From contig CAVYEU010000040.1 of assembly GCA_963767415.1 (NCBI GenBank), positions 4,615 through 68,614 on the forward strand: DNA of 64,000 bases, read 5' to 3'. Source of the stretch: an uncultured Eubacteriales bacterium. GTDB lineage: Bacteria; Bacillota; Clostridia; Acetivibrionales; CAVYEU01. Every line of letters starts with the position of its first letter. The first letter of the stretch is position 1. The notes under the pieces were generated by a model, which saw nothing but the letters and a program-made list of their open reading frames with translations, searched no databases and was not told the DNA's origin. Below, piece after piece: positions 40,108-50,119 of the stretch. The translations under genes and the position numbers were made by a program.

Positions 40108-40377
40108 TTATATGTGATAATATAAATATATAGATGATAATATAAATATTTTAGACTTAAACGTAACTTAAATAATTCTAATATAATCATTTTAAATTTT
40201 CTGCAGAAGCAATTACTAATATTGAAACTATAAAATTAACCTAATAATTCCAAATTTTAAATTTCCTCATAATATAACGTTTTGGAATAATTATTAAATT
40301 AATATAATTCTCATAATTGGCTAAACAAATTAATCAAGATTATTAAAAAAGGTGTTAAATTAAAGGAGGTAATTATT

Positions 40378-41415
40378 ATGATTCAGAGAAATAGCAATTC
40401 TGGTTTGGTTAAAAAAGAAGAAAATGAAAGACCAAGTGAACCAAGTATAGCACAAACAACAAGCCCATTAGATTCATTGCAAAATTTAAGAAGTATATAT
40501 GAACCAAGTAAATTAAAAATACTTATAGACAGCCTTCCGTCAGAAGAAGTTCAAAAATTAGACCGTACACTAAAAAATTTAGGAAGCTTATATATAATGA
40601 GTGATTTAAAAGTACTTACAAAATTCCTTGAACCAAAAGATCTACAAGATATAGAAGATAAGTTGCAAAACTCAGGGTATCAAGAATTTATAAAACGACT
40701 AATAACTATGCAAAATAAGCAAGATTTAGAATCATCAAAACAAATATCAAGAACAGGTGCAGTTGTGTCAGCACCAATACCTTCAATAGAAGCAGCAACA
40801 AGGACAGTAGCAGAAGCAAACCTTGGCATAGTAGGAAAGGACGCTGATAAACTAAGTATAGCTCAAACGACAAGTACAACTTCTCTAAGACCTAATTTAC
40901 CAGTTATTCCGATTTTTCCAGAGCCTCTTTCTTATGATGGGAGTCATCCACAATCATCTGTGTCCACTCGACCTGAACTACTTGAGCCATCTACGCCACC
41001 TACAAGGTCGAACGTCACTCGACTTGTGTTACCTCCAAAACCTAAGTCCGTTCGACTTGTGCCACCTGAGCTACCTTTGCCACCTTTGCCACTTATACCA
41101 CCTCCAGAGCCTACGTCTATTCGACATGTGCTACCTCCAAAACCTATGTTAAATCTAGGTATATTGAAATCACTCAGATCAGAAATAAATCTAGCAAAGA
41201 GCGATATTGAAGACTATGAAAGTAAAATGAGTGAAAGCAAATTACGTGAAAGGCGTGAAAGTGAAAGGCGTGAAAGTGAAGCACGTACAAGATCAAATAT
41301 CGAATATAAAAATAAGCATAATAATTCGCAAGATAAGAAGGTTGATAAGCAGTTTGAACTTTTGAAATCTGCCTTAAAAAATCAAACATTTAAAGAACAT
41401 GGTAGATTACCATAA
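40378..41415 (+). CDS. Proline-rich, repeat-containing hypothetical protein (no signal peptide)
   Basis: Strong AAAGGAGG RBS. Internal repeats include (R/H)(L/V)VLPPKP, LPLPPLPLIPPPEP and ERRESERRESEAR. Confidence 0.5.
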   Translation: MIQRNSNSGLVKKEENERPSEPSIAQTTSPLDSLQNLRSIYEPSKLKILIDSLPSEEVQKLDRTLKNLGSLYIMSDLKVLTKFLEPKDLQDIEDKLQNSGYQEFIKRLITMQNKQDLESSKQISRTGAVVSAPIPSIEAATRTVAEANLGIVGKDADKLSIAQTTSTTSLRPNLPVIPIFPEPLSYDGSHPQSSVSTRPELLEPSTPPTRSNVTRLVLPPKPKSVRLVPPELPLPPLPLIPPPEPTSIRHVLPPKPMLNLGILKSLRSEINLAKSDIEDYESKMSESKLRERRESERRESEARTRSNIEYKNKHNNSQDKKVDKQFELLKSALKNQTFKEHGRLP

Positions 41416-41467
41416 ATCTAAGTACCTTTTATAGTGGTAAAGGTTGTCAACGCATTTTTTTGTTCTT

Positions 41468-41627
41468 AGGGACTGTTAAGAAATAACTCATACAAACCTT
41501 CTGGCTAATTTTTTATTTGCCTACGTTGTCGTCAGTTACAATAAAACAATTATTGCGCCTTCCTCCGCCTTGGCAAATAAAAAATTATCTCAGAATCAGA
41601 TGTACGATTTATTTCTTAACAGTCCCT
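41468..41627. repeat. 160-nt nested imperfect inverted repeat (long hairpin)
   Basis: Outer 19-bp arms AGGGACTGTTAAGAAATAA (41468-41486) pair with 41609-41627. Inner 16-bp arms 41506-41521 pair with 41572-41587. The apical 50 nt contain CCTTCCTCC. Confidence 0.7.
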
Positions 41628-41779
41628 TATTTAAGGTGGGTAATTCTCCTCCTTTAATTTTTTTTGGTCAATTATAATTTTCGGTTCATTAAGTAAGTAT
41701 AAAAATCGTAATTTAAGTCCTAATTTTTAAACATTAATTAAATATATGGTTTTGCACAAATAAAAAAGGAGGTATTTCT

Positions 41780-42820
41780 ATGGGAAAATCAGTTAGAGTA
41801 TCAACTTGGATAACAGTTTTGGGAATGATTATCACAATTATTACCTGTTACAGCATTAAAGGTTATATTTATGCAGACAGTACTAAAATAACAGATCCTA
41901 ATAACGACCTTACTATCAAAGCCTATTTTGGCAATGATAGATTAAAGTATGGAGCAGTATCTTTGGATCAAAAATTGCCATTTTATATTAGAATTCAAGC
42001 AAAGGATAATAACAAGTTTATGTCTATGTTACCAGATATATATATTAGCAATACTATTAATATTTATTCTATTAATGGTAATAGTGACTACTCTGGTAAT
42101 AAATCAACAATATTCGGTCCGGATTGTATAGCTACAGACACAGACGATCCAAATATTACATCGCAGATAATATTTACCGGTTCTACTGCAACATGTTCTC
42201 CTTTAGAACCACCGGATTCAAACTATATGCCATTGACAATCCCTGTGTTTAGTCCTAATATTAATGAAGATAATGTACGTATTATATACCAAGGGCAAAA
42301 CATACAAACCCTTGCATCTGCACGTACGCCAACTCCAACTCCATTTATATATGAATTGGATCCAAATATTCAAGAATTTGACCCAAATGTGTGGGGCACA
42401 TCAGGAAATTTTAATATCGACACTGTTATATCAGATTCAAATAATTATTATTATAAAATTAGTGGTTCCCCATATACGGCTAATGCTAATACTCAAGACA
42501 TGATAAATACAGTTACATACACCATAAATAATTTATTAGCAGATAATTTATTACCAACCGAATTTAATAGAAATTATACCGGAACAATAATACCTGACCA
42601 ATATCTACTTGATCCAAATCAAGACTATGTCTTAATATTTGAGTATCAAGTCGCTTATAATGGAAATCCTGTAGGTGATTGGAGAAAAGTTGCAATCCCT
42701 ATTTTGAATATTGTTAACTCTTCTGATGAGTATACAGCTTATAACATAGAAAACTTTAATATAGATGATTATCCACGCAGCTATATAAAACCAAGAAGTA
42801 AACGAGTTATCGCACCTTAA
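41780..42820 (+). CDS. Secreted/anchored protein consisting of one copy of an uncharacterised module of about 290 aa
   Basis: N-terminal signal/TM segment. Residues from about 40 to the end align with the C-terminal about 290 aa of the next gene (FGNDRLKYGAVSL, NVRIIYQGQNIQT, LDPNQ.YVL.F.Y, W.KVAIP.LN). Confidence 0.6.
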   Translation: MGKSVRVSTWITVLGMIITIITCYSIKGYIYADSTKITDPNNDLTIKAYFGNDRLKYGAVSLDQKLPFYIRIQAKDNNKFMSMLPDIYISNTINIYSINGNSDYSGNKSTIFGPDCIATDTDDPNITSQIIFTGSTATCSPLEPPDSNYMPLTIPVFSPNINEDNVRIIYQGQNIQTLASARTPTPTPFIYELDPNIQEFDPNVWGTSGNFNIDTVISDSNNYYYKISGSPYTANANTQDMINTVTYTINNLLADNLLPTEFNRNYTGTIIPDQYLLDPNQDYVLIFEYQVAYNGNPVGDWRKVAIPILNIVNSSDEYTAYNIENFNIDDYPRSYIKPRSKRVIAP

Positions 42821-42915
42821 TAAAAACTAAAAATAATCTAAAAACTTAACAACAATTGAAATTCGACTACTAATATTAGTTATAAAATAATTGATAAAGG
42901 GGGCTCGGATATATC

Positions 42916-45615
42916 ATGAATCTGAAACAACACTTAAAAACCAATTTGACAATTTTAATTACTACAGTATTGTTTATTATTATGAGTGCTACATATCCAC
43001 AAATACTACCAAAGGGACTAGAACAAACAGAGTATTTATTTGCTGACACTGCTTTTACTCCTGTAATGATTGATCTCACAAATTATTTTAATAACAGTGG
43101 CGAATATATTGAGTATAGTGCTCATTATTCTGTGAATAGCCTTGCAAATGGAAATAGAAGCCAAAATTATAATGGCATTCCATATGCTCTTGGTCCTTTA
43201 AATGGTAACTGCGTCTATATGCCTGCTGGAGAAACAATTATGCTTCCTCAAGGGACATATTCTTCAATATATATATTTGGATCCTCAAAATATCAGGACA
43301 TACCCTATTCAGGTGATCCCAATTCACTTTATATTACTGTTAATTATTTAGATGGAAATAGCGACTCAAATACTATCCCTATGGATCACTTCAATAAAAA
43401 CAGCTCTTTTTATGGAAATTCTGTGCTTTCATATCATGATAGTAGCAGTGGAACTACTGCAAGACTTTTTATGTACAGTTTTACGCCAAATACCACTAAA
43501 CAAATAAAAAGTATAACAATTGGTCCCAGCACCAACTGGCATGCAATGATAATGGCTATAACAGGTAATTTAACATCTTTTTCTGGCTCAAATATATCTT
43601 TAAATAAAGCAGTTACCTGTTATCCTTCGGAAAATTCAAATGTTGGTGAATATGCCTCCAAGGCAGTTGATGGCACAATGAATGATATTCACGACAAGTG
43701 GAGTTCTACAGGTCCTGCACCATTTTGGTTAAAAGTTGATCTTGGTGATTATTACACAGTTTCCACTTGGTCAGTATATCATGCAGGAGCATTCGGAGAA
43801 AATAGTAGCTATAATACAGAAAATTTCAGTCTTCAGACAAGTGTTGATGGTAATAATTGGGTAAATATAGACAGTGTATATGATAATATTGCTTCAATTA
43901 CAGTTAGAAACATTACACCATTTATTACAAGATATTTGAGGCTTTATATTACAACGCCCTCACAAAATAGTGATCCGAATGCAAGAATATATGAATTTAA
44001 TGTTTATGGGCAGTTATTATCTTTATCATATACTAATTCCCCATCAAATGTACAGATAGAAACTTTTCGTAGCACTATACCAGGAATAAGGATGACCTGG
44101 TCTGGAACAAATGGTGATACTTGCTTAGGGTACTGGTCAAGTGATGCTTACAATTTTTCTCCTACTCCAATTTTTTCAAACATTAATGGGTATAGCGGTG
44201 ATTATACACAATGGAATAATTTTTTTTATAATCAGTTAAACTATTTTTTAGTATATAATCAAGATAAAAATTCTCCAATTAAGGAAAATTCTCCATTAAT
44301 AATAAACTATTATAATTTCCCGGGTGCACAAATTGTATCTTATACACCAAGATCCGCTCCGACTTTTTTACCCATGCTGTTTGATGATGTCAACTATAAT
44401 TCAGTTGCTTTAAACTGGACCAGCCCCTCTGATTGGTATCCTAACGGATATAGAATATATGTATTAAAAAGCGATACTGATCCGACAGCGGATGAGTGGA
44501 ATCCTAATGCAAGTACAATAACTACATATTATAACCCAAGTTCGATTGATGGAACTTCAACCAATTTAACATGCATAAATGTAGGTAATGCTACAGGGTT
44601 TACAATAAATGGCTTATCACAAACTACAATGTACTATTTCCTTTTAGTCGCATTGGATGATAATAATAATGAATCAATTGCTTCAATTAGCTCTGCAAAA
44701 TCAAAAACTCAGTTTGATTCGAATCTAAATTTTGAAGACTTCGTTATAAATGCATCCTTTGGAAATGACAGGCTAAAATATGGTGCTGTTTCTTTAAACC
44801 AAATGCTACCTTTTTATTTAAATATTAAAGTACAAGGATTAAATAAATATATGACAAGCATTCCAGATATTTTAATCAAAGACAATGTCAAAATCTATAC
44901 TGTAGACACCAATGACGAACTTTCAAATTATGATCCAAATAGCATAACTGTAGACCCTAGTGATCCAAATAAATTAGATATACGGTTTTCAAGTTCAACG
45001 CAAACATGCACACTTCTACAAAACACCGATGCAAATTACTTGCCACTTTCGATACCCGTGTTTGATCCAAATATGATCATGGGCAATGTACGTATTATTT
45101 ATCAAGGACAAAACATACAAACTAATACATCTACACCAAGCCCAGCTCCATACATTTATGAATTGGAACCAAATTCTCCTGGAATGGATCCAAATATATG
45201 GGGAAATACTGGTAGATATGATATTATGAAAAATCCGTCAGACGATTTTTATACGGTAGAATCTAGTATGTATGCAGCTGATCCAAATACCCAAGATGAA
45301 ATAAGATCACTTAAGTTCTTTGCCTATAATCTACTTACAGCTAAAAATACTCTACCAACAAGATATACTATAGATCCGAGTCAAACTAATGTTCCTAACA
45401 TGTATATACTGGATCCAAATCAAAATTATGTCTTGGTATTTGATTACAAAATAGTTTATAATAATCAAGACGTTTGTACATGGAATAAAGTTGCAATACC
45501 CCTTTTAAACACTATAAACTCAGATGACCAAAACTACTTATTTAGTACAAAACACTGGAATCTGAATGATAATTCAACGAGTTATTATAAGCCTTTAAAT
45601 ACTTTAGTTAAGTGA
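42916..45615 (+). CDS. Large secreted protein: unknown N-terminal domain, F5/8 type C (discoidin) domain, FN3-like domain, and a shared C-terminal module
   Basis: The discoidin-like block is AVDGTMNDIHDKWSSTG...FWLKVDLGDYYTVSTWSVYHA...RYLRLYIT...ARIYEFNVYG. The FN3-like block is VALNWTSPSD...YRIYVL...TMYYFLLVALDDNNNES. Confidence 0.7.
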   Translation: MNLKQHLKTNLTILITTVLFIIMSATYPQILPKGLEQTEYLFADTAFTPVMIDLTNYFNNSGEYIEYSAHYSVNSLANGNRSQNYNGIPYALGPLNGNCVYMPAGETIMLPQGTYSSIYIFGSSKYQDIPYSGDPNSLYITVNYLDGNSDSNTIPMDHFNKNSSFYGNSVLSYHDSSSGTTARLFMYSFTPNTTKQIKSITIGPSTNWHAMIMAITGNLTSFSGSNISLNKAVTCYPSENSNVGEYASKAVDGTMNDIHDKWSSTGPAPFWLKVDLGDYYTVSTWSVYHAGAFGENSSYNTENFSLQTSVDGNNWVNIDSVYDNIASITVRNITPFITRYLRLYITTPSQNSDPNARIYEFNVYGQLLSLSYTNSPSNVQIETFRSTIPGIRMTWSGTNGDTCLGYWSSDAYNFSPTPIFSNINGYSGDYTQWNNFFYNQLNYFLVYNQDKNSPIKENSPLIINYYNFPGAQIVSYTPRSAPTFLPMLFDDVNYNSVALNWTSPSDWYPNGYRIYVLKSDTDPTADEWNPNASTITTYYNPSSIDGTSTNLTCINVGNATGFTINGLSQTTMYYFLLVALDDNNNESIASISSAKSKTQFDSNLNFEDFVINASFGNDRLKYGAVSLNQMLPFYLNIKVQGLNKYMTSIPDILIKDNVKIYTVDTNDELSNYDPNSITVDPSDPNKLDIRFSSSTQTCTLLQNTDANYLPLSIPVFDPNMIMGNVRIIYQGQNIQTNTSTPSPAPYIYELEPNSPGMDPNIWGNTGRYDIMKNPSDDFYTVESSMYAADPNTQDEIRSLKFFAYNLLTAKNTLPTRYTIDPSQTNVPNMYILDPNQNYVLVFDYKIVYNNQDVCTWNKVAIPLLNTINSDDQNYLFSTKHWNLNDNSTSYYKPLNTLVK

Positions 45616-45642
45616 TAATATAGAATTAGAGAGAGGACAAAA

Positions 45643-46920
45643 ATGGATCTTTGCAAAAATATATTAAATAAATTTGGAATAGATAAAGAGTTAGCTGAAA
45701 CTGCTAACAAAGTCGAAAGTAATTTACTTAAGCAGTTTAGAAATATAGATAAGATTAAGGAATTTAATCAGTATAAAGTAATTAAAGCTATGCAGGATAA
45801 CCGCCTAAGTGATACTCATTTTCAGGAAACTACAGGGTATGGTTATGACGATAGGGGAAGAGAAGTTTTAGATTCAGTATATAAAGATGTATTTAATACA
45901 GAGGATGCTTTAGTCAGACACTCAATTGTATCTGGAACACACGCTTTGGCTATATGTATGTTTGGGTTGTTAAGACCAGAAGATGAGCTTTTATCTGTTA
46001 CAGGTAAGCCTTATGATACATTGGAAGAGGTAATCGGAATAAGAGGAGAAGGTCAAGGGTCTTTGAAAGAATACGGTATAACTTACAGACAAGTAAATCT
46101 TTTAATTGATGGGAATATTGATTTTGATGGAATAAAGACTTCAATAAACAAAAATACAAAGGTGGTTTTTATACAACGCTCTCGCGGTTATACACAAAGA
46201 CCATCTTTGTGTATTGATAAGATTAAGGAAATCATTACCTTTGTTAAAAGCCTTAAAAAAGATGTCTATGTTATTGTCGACAACTGCTATGGAGAGTTTG
46301 TCGAAATCAGGGAACCAACAGAAGTCGGTGCAGACTTGGTTGCTGGGTCATTGATAAAAAATCCAGGTGGTGGACTTGCTAAAACCGGTGGATACATCAC
46401 AGGGAAAAAAGAATGTGTTGAAAAAGCCTCATACCGCTTAACAACACCAGGTCTAGGAAAGCATGTTGGTGCAACCCTTGGTAACAATAGACTTATGCTG
46501 CAGGGTCTATTCCTAGCACCACATGTTGTTTCAGAAAGCTTGAAAGGAGCAGTATTTTGTTCTGGGATGATGAATCACTTTGGATTTGATTCCTATCCCC
46601 TCCCTGATGAGAAAAGAAGCGATATAATCCAATCAGTAAAATTTACAAATTCAAAAGATTTAATCAAATTTTGTCAAGAAATTCAAAAAAGTTCACCCGT
46701 AGATTCCTTCGTTACTCCTAAACCCTGGGACATGCCAGGCTATGAATTCCCAGTAATCATGGCGGCAGGAACCTTTGTCCAGGGCGCTTCAATCGAACTA
46801 AGTGCCGATGCTCCCATTAAGCCACCATACACAGCATATTTACAGGGAGGGCTCGTATATGAGCACGTTAAACTCGCAGTGTTAAGAGCCATACAGGCAT
46901 TACAGGAAGAGACAATGTGA
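45643..46920 (+). CDS. PLP-dependent Met_gamma_lyase-family protein (YnbB / aluminium-resistance family)
   Basis: 425 aa with SGTHALAICMFG and GSLIKNPGGGLAKTGGYITG (Lys in SLIKN). Confidence 0.75.
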   Translation: MDLCKNILNKFGIDKELAETANKVESNLLKQFRNIDKIKEFNQYKVIKAMQDNRLSDTHFQETTGYGYDDRGREVLDSVYKDVFNTEDALVRHSIVSGTHALAICMFGLLRPEDELLSVTGKPYDTLEEVIGIRGEGQGSLKEYGITYRQVNLLIDGNIDFDGIKTSINKNTKVVFIQRSRGYTQRPSLCIDKIKEIITFVKSLKKDVYVIVDNCYGEFVEIREPTEVGADLVAGSLIKNPGGGLAKTGGYITGKKECVEKASYRLTTPGLGKHVGATLGNNRLMLQGLFLAPHVVSESLKGAVFCSGMMNHFGFDSYPLPDEKRSDIIQSVKFTNSKDLIKFCQEIQKSSPVDSFVTPKPWDMPGYEFPVIMAAGTFVQGASIELSADAPIKPPYTAYLQGGLVYEHVKLAVLRAIQALQEETM

Positions 46921-47120
46921 AGGCTCAGACCGTGCAATAATTGAGCAATATGGCCAAAATATTTGTAAGACAGAATTCGATTAATTTAGTAATATAGTAT
47001 AAGTAGATTAGATGTTATGTTTGGTAGCAAAAATAGTTTTACCGAAGCAAAAATTGGTGCAAGTGCATCAGATTTTACGGCGAGAAATAACTTAAAGATT
47101 TTAAAATAGGAGGGTGTCAA

Positions 47121-48872
47121 ATGAGAAAAACAAAAATAGTTTGTACATTGGGTCCTGCTGTTGATGATGAAAGTATTCTAAGAAAGTTATTTTTAAAAGG
47201 TATGGATGTCGCTAGAATTAATTTTTCCCACGGTTCTTACGAAGAACATCAAAAAAGAATTGATTTATTTAAAAAAATAAGAAGTGAATATAATCTTTCT
47301 ATACCCCTGATACTTGATACAAAGGGACCTGAAATAAGAACTGGTAAATTTAAAGAAAAAGAAGTAACTTTGGTTGAAGGACATACCTTTACTTTAATTA
47401 ACGACGATATTGAAGGTGATAATGAAAGAACCTCTGTAAGTTATAAAAAGTTATACCTAGATATTAAAATAGGGAATAGAATTCTTATAAATGATGGTCT
47501 TGTAGAACTCGAAGTGACAGAAATAGACAATAAGGATATTATCTGTAAGGTATTAAATGGTGGGGTTATAAGTAATAATAAGGGTATAAACGTTCCAGGT
47601 ACTAAAATAAATCTTCCTTCGTTAACAGAAAAAGACGTTGACGATATAAAATTTGGTATTGAAAATGAATTTGACTTTATTGCTGCATCATTTATGAGAA
47701 AGGCCTCTGATGTAATTGAGATCAAAAAAATATTAGAAAAGAATGAAGCAAAGGATATTAGAGTAATTGCCAAAATTGAGAATAGGGAAGGAATCCAAAA
47801 TTTCGATGAAATCGTAAAGGTTGCAGATGGGATAATGGTAGCAAGAGGAGATTTGGGTGTTGAAATTCCTGTTGAAGAGGTGCCAATTGTTCAGAAGAAC
47901 TTGATCGAAAAGTGTTATAAAAACGGAAAGCCCGTAATTACAGCAACCCAAATGTTAGATTCAATGATTAGAAATCCTCGTCCAACAAGAGCAGAATCAA
48001 GTGATGTTGCTAATGCAATATATGATGGGACAAGCGCTGTAATGCTGTCAGGTGAGACTGCAATGGGAAAATATCCGATAGAAAGTCTTGAGATGATGGC
48101 TAAGATCGCTGAAAAGGCAGAAAAATCTATTGATTATTGGGGACGGCTTTCAAAGATACACTATGATTTAGTAGGAAGTGTAACAAATGCTATAAGTCAT
48201 GCGACTTGTACTACAGCTCAGGATTTAAAAGCTGCTGCGATTATTACAGTTACTTATTCGGGGCACACGGCAAGAATGATATCTAGGTTTAGACCAACAT
48301 GCCCAATAATAGCAACAACTGTAAGCGAAAGGGTTCAAAGACAACTATCTCTTTCATGGGGTGTTATTCCTTATATAGTATCCCCAGCCTCTTCGACTGA
48401 CGAGATGTTTGATACAGGAGTCGAGAAAGCCTTAGCCTCCGGTATGGTTAAAAATGGGGAGCTGGTTGTAATAACAGCAGGTGTTCCGATTGGAGTAAAT
48501 GGTACAACTAATATATTGAAGGTTCATATTGTTGGAAAAGTTCTTGTAAAAGGTACTGGCTTAGGAAAAGAAACGATAACAGGTGAGCTGTGTGTTGTAA
48601 GGTCAGTTGAAGAAGCAAAATGTAAATTTTCAGATGGCAACATACTAGTTTTCCCGTTTTCTTCAAATGATTTTCTGCCATATATTAAAAGGGCATCAGC
48701 AATAATCGTTGAAGAACCAGGGATTTCTTCTCATGCAGTGACCGTTGGTTTAGCATTGGACATTCCAGTTATTATCGGAGCAGAGAATGCGACAAGGATA
48801 TTGAAAAATGGATCTGTTGTAACTATTGATGAAGAAAGAGGAATAGTATACTATGGTGCAAGCAAAACATAA
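47121..48872 (+). CDS. pyk: Pyruvate kinase with a C-terminal PEP-utilizer mobile domain
   Basis: MRKTKIVCTLGPA, IMVARGDLGVEIP and MLSGETA, plus a C-terminal swivel-type extension of about 100 aa that is common in Firmicutes. Confidence 0.95.
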   Translation: MRKTKIVCTLGPAVDDESILRKLFLKGMDVARINFSHGSYEEHQKRIDLFKKIRSEYNLSIPLILDTKGPEIRTGKFKEKEVTLVEGHTFTLINDDIEGDNERTSVSYKKLYLDIKIGNRILINDGLVELEVTEIDNKDIICKVLNGGVISNNKGINVPGTKINLPSLTEKDVDDIKFGIENEFDFIAASFMRKASDVIEIKKILEKNEAKDIRVIAKIENREGIQNFDEIVKVADGIMVARGDLGVEIPVEEVPIVQKNLIEKCYKNGKPVITATQMLDSMIRNPRPTRAESSDVANAIYDGTSAVMLSGETAMGKYPIESLEMMAKIAEKAEKSIDYWGRLSKIHYDLVGSVTNAISHATCTTAQDLKAAAIITVTYSGHTARMISRFRPTCPIIATTVSERVQRQLSLSWGVIPYIVSPASSTDEMFDTGVEKALASGMVKNGELVVITAGVPIGVNGTTNILKVHIVGKVLVKGTGLGKETITGELCVVRSVEEAKCKFSDGNILVFPFSSNDFLPYIKRASAIIVEEPGISSHAVTVGLALDIPVIIGAENATRILKNGSVVTIDEERGIVYYGASKT

Positions 48873-48886
48873 TAAAGGGTATTAAT

Positions 48887-49405
48887 ATGATTCAAGTTTA
48901 TACTGGAAATGGAAAAGGTAAAACGACTGCTGCAATAGGACAAGGAATAAGGTGTATAGGATATAACAAAAAAGTGCATATGGTTCAATTCCTAAAAGGT
49001 GGGCATACTGGAGAATTAGTTACCTTAAAGAAACTAGAGCCATTATTTAAGGTGTTTAGGTTTGAAAAAGAGCGTGGGTTTACGTGGACTTTAAATGATA
49101 CTGAGTTACTTGAGCTTAAAGAAGAGATTTTAAATGCTTGGGAGTTTGTAAAACAAATAATTAAAAATAAAGAATGCGATATGTTGATACTCGATGAAAT
49201 ACTGGCAGTACTCAATAAAGGATATATAGATACAACTGAGGCTGTATCTATATTTAAACAGGGCTCCAACTCTTTAGAGATTATTTTAACGGGAAGAGAT
49301 GCTAAAGATGCAGTTATTGAAATAGCTGACTATGTGTCTGAAATTGTACTTATAAAACATCCAATAAACAAATGTGTATATGCAAGGGAAAATATTGAAT
49401 ATTAA
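48887..49405 (+). CDS. cobO: Cob(I)yrinic acid a,c-diamide adenosyltransferase (CobO/BtuR type)
   Basis: VYTGNGKGKTTAAIGQGIR P-loop, VQFLKG and LDEI motifs. Confidence 0.8.
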   Translation: MIQVYTGNGKGKTTAAIGQGIRCIGYNKKVHMVQFLKGGHTGELVTLKKLEPLFKVFRFEKERGFTWTLNDTELLELKEEILNAWEFVKQIIKNKECDMLILDEILAVLNKGYIDTTEAVSIFKQGSNSLEIILTGRDAKDAVIEIADYVSEIVLIKHPINKCVYARENIEY

Positions 49406-49426
49406 TATTGAAAAATAGGTGTTAAC

Positions 49427-50038
49427 TTGATTGAGACAAAAGGTGCTATCAGAAAAAGGCTTCTACAAATTCGAAGTGTTCAAGATATTCACGATGTGAC
49501 TTTAAAGAGTCAGACGATTATAAATCGGCTTTTTGAAGTAGCTGAATTTAATAAAAGTCAAGTGATTTGTGTCTACTTAGATTTCAAGAATGAGGTTAAA
49601 ACCCATGATTTTGTGAGGATATCACTTAATAAATGTAAGAGTATTCTTGTACCTTTTATATCAGAGAAAAATGGAACAAAGGAAATTGAGGCGAGCTACA
49701 TTCGAGATTTGAATTCGGAGCTTATAAGCGGAATGTTTGGAATTGATGAACCAAAACCTGAAAACAGAATTTCTGTTAATCCCGAGACTATTGAGCTTAT
49801 TGTTGTTCCAGGGATCGCCTTTGCTGAAGATGGAAATAGAGTTGGCTTTGGTCAAGGTTTTTATGACTGCTTTTTAAGTAAACTTAAGCACAGTTGCATT
49901 AAGGTTGGATTGTGTTTTGATTTTCAATTACTAAAAAATATTTCAACTAAACCGCATGACGTTCCAATGGATATGATTATTACGGAAACAAGGATTATAC
50001 TTACAAACAATAAGCATAAACGAAATCACTCTTCTTAA
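49427..50038 (+). CDS. 5-formyltetrahydrofolate cyclo-ligase
   Basis: VVPGIAFAEDGNRVGFGQGFYDCFL and HDVPMDMIITE blocks. TTG start. Confidence 0.8.
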   Translation: MIETKGAIRKRLLQIRSVQDIHDVTLKSQTIINRLFEVAEFNKSQVICVYLDFKNEVKTHDFVRISLNKCKSILVPFISEKNGTKEIEASYIRDLNSELISGMFGIDEPKPENRISVNPETIELIVVPGIAFAEDGNRVGFGQGFYDCFLSKLKHSCIKVGLCFDFQLLKNISTKPHDVPMDMIITETRIILTNNKHKRNHSS

Positions 50039-50119
50039 AGGGTATTTTATCTCATATGTAGAATATATGAAAGTAATTCAAAAGTATATATATTGATATA
50101 TAAAAGGGGGGGATTTAGT

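Noticed and set aside
39909-40190. 93-aa ORF on the minus strand across the GC-rich island
   Set aside because: Its Gly/Pro/Cys/Trp-rich translation is just the reading of GC-rich hairpins. It has no RBS or start context and unlike composition to all neighbouring genes. The island is better explained as structured nucleic acid.
41468-41627. c-di-GMP riboswitch upstream of the adhesin-like genes
   Set aside because: The conserved GGCAAACC and ACGCAAAGC blocks of class I are absent, as are class II pseudoknot motifs. Only a generic long hairpin is present.
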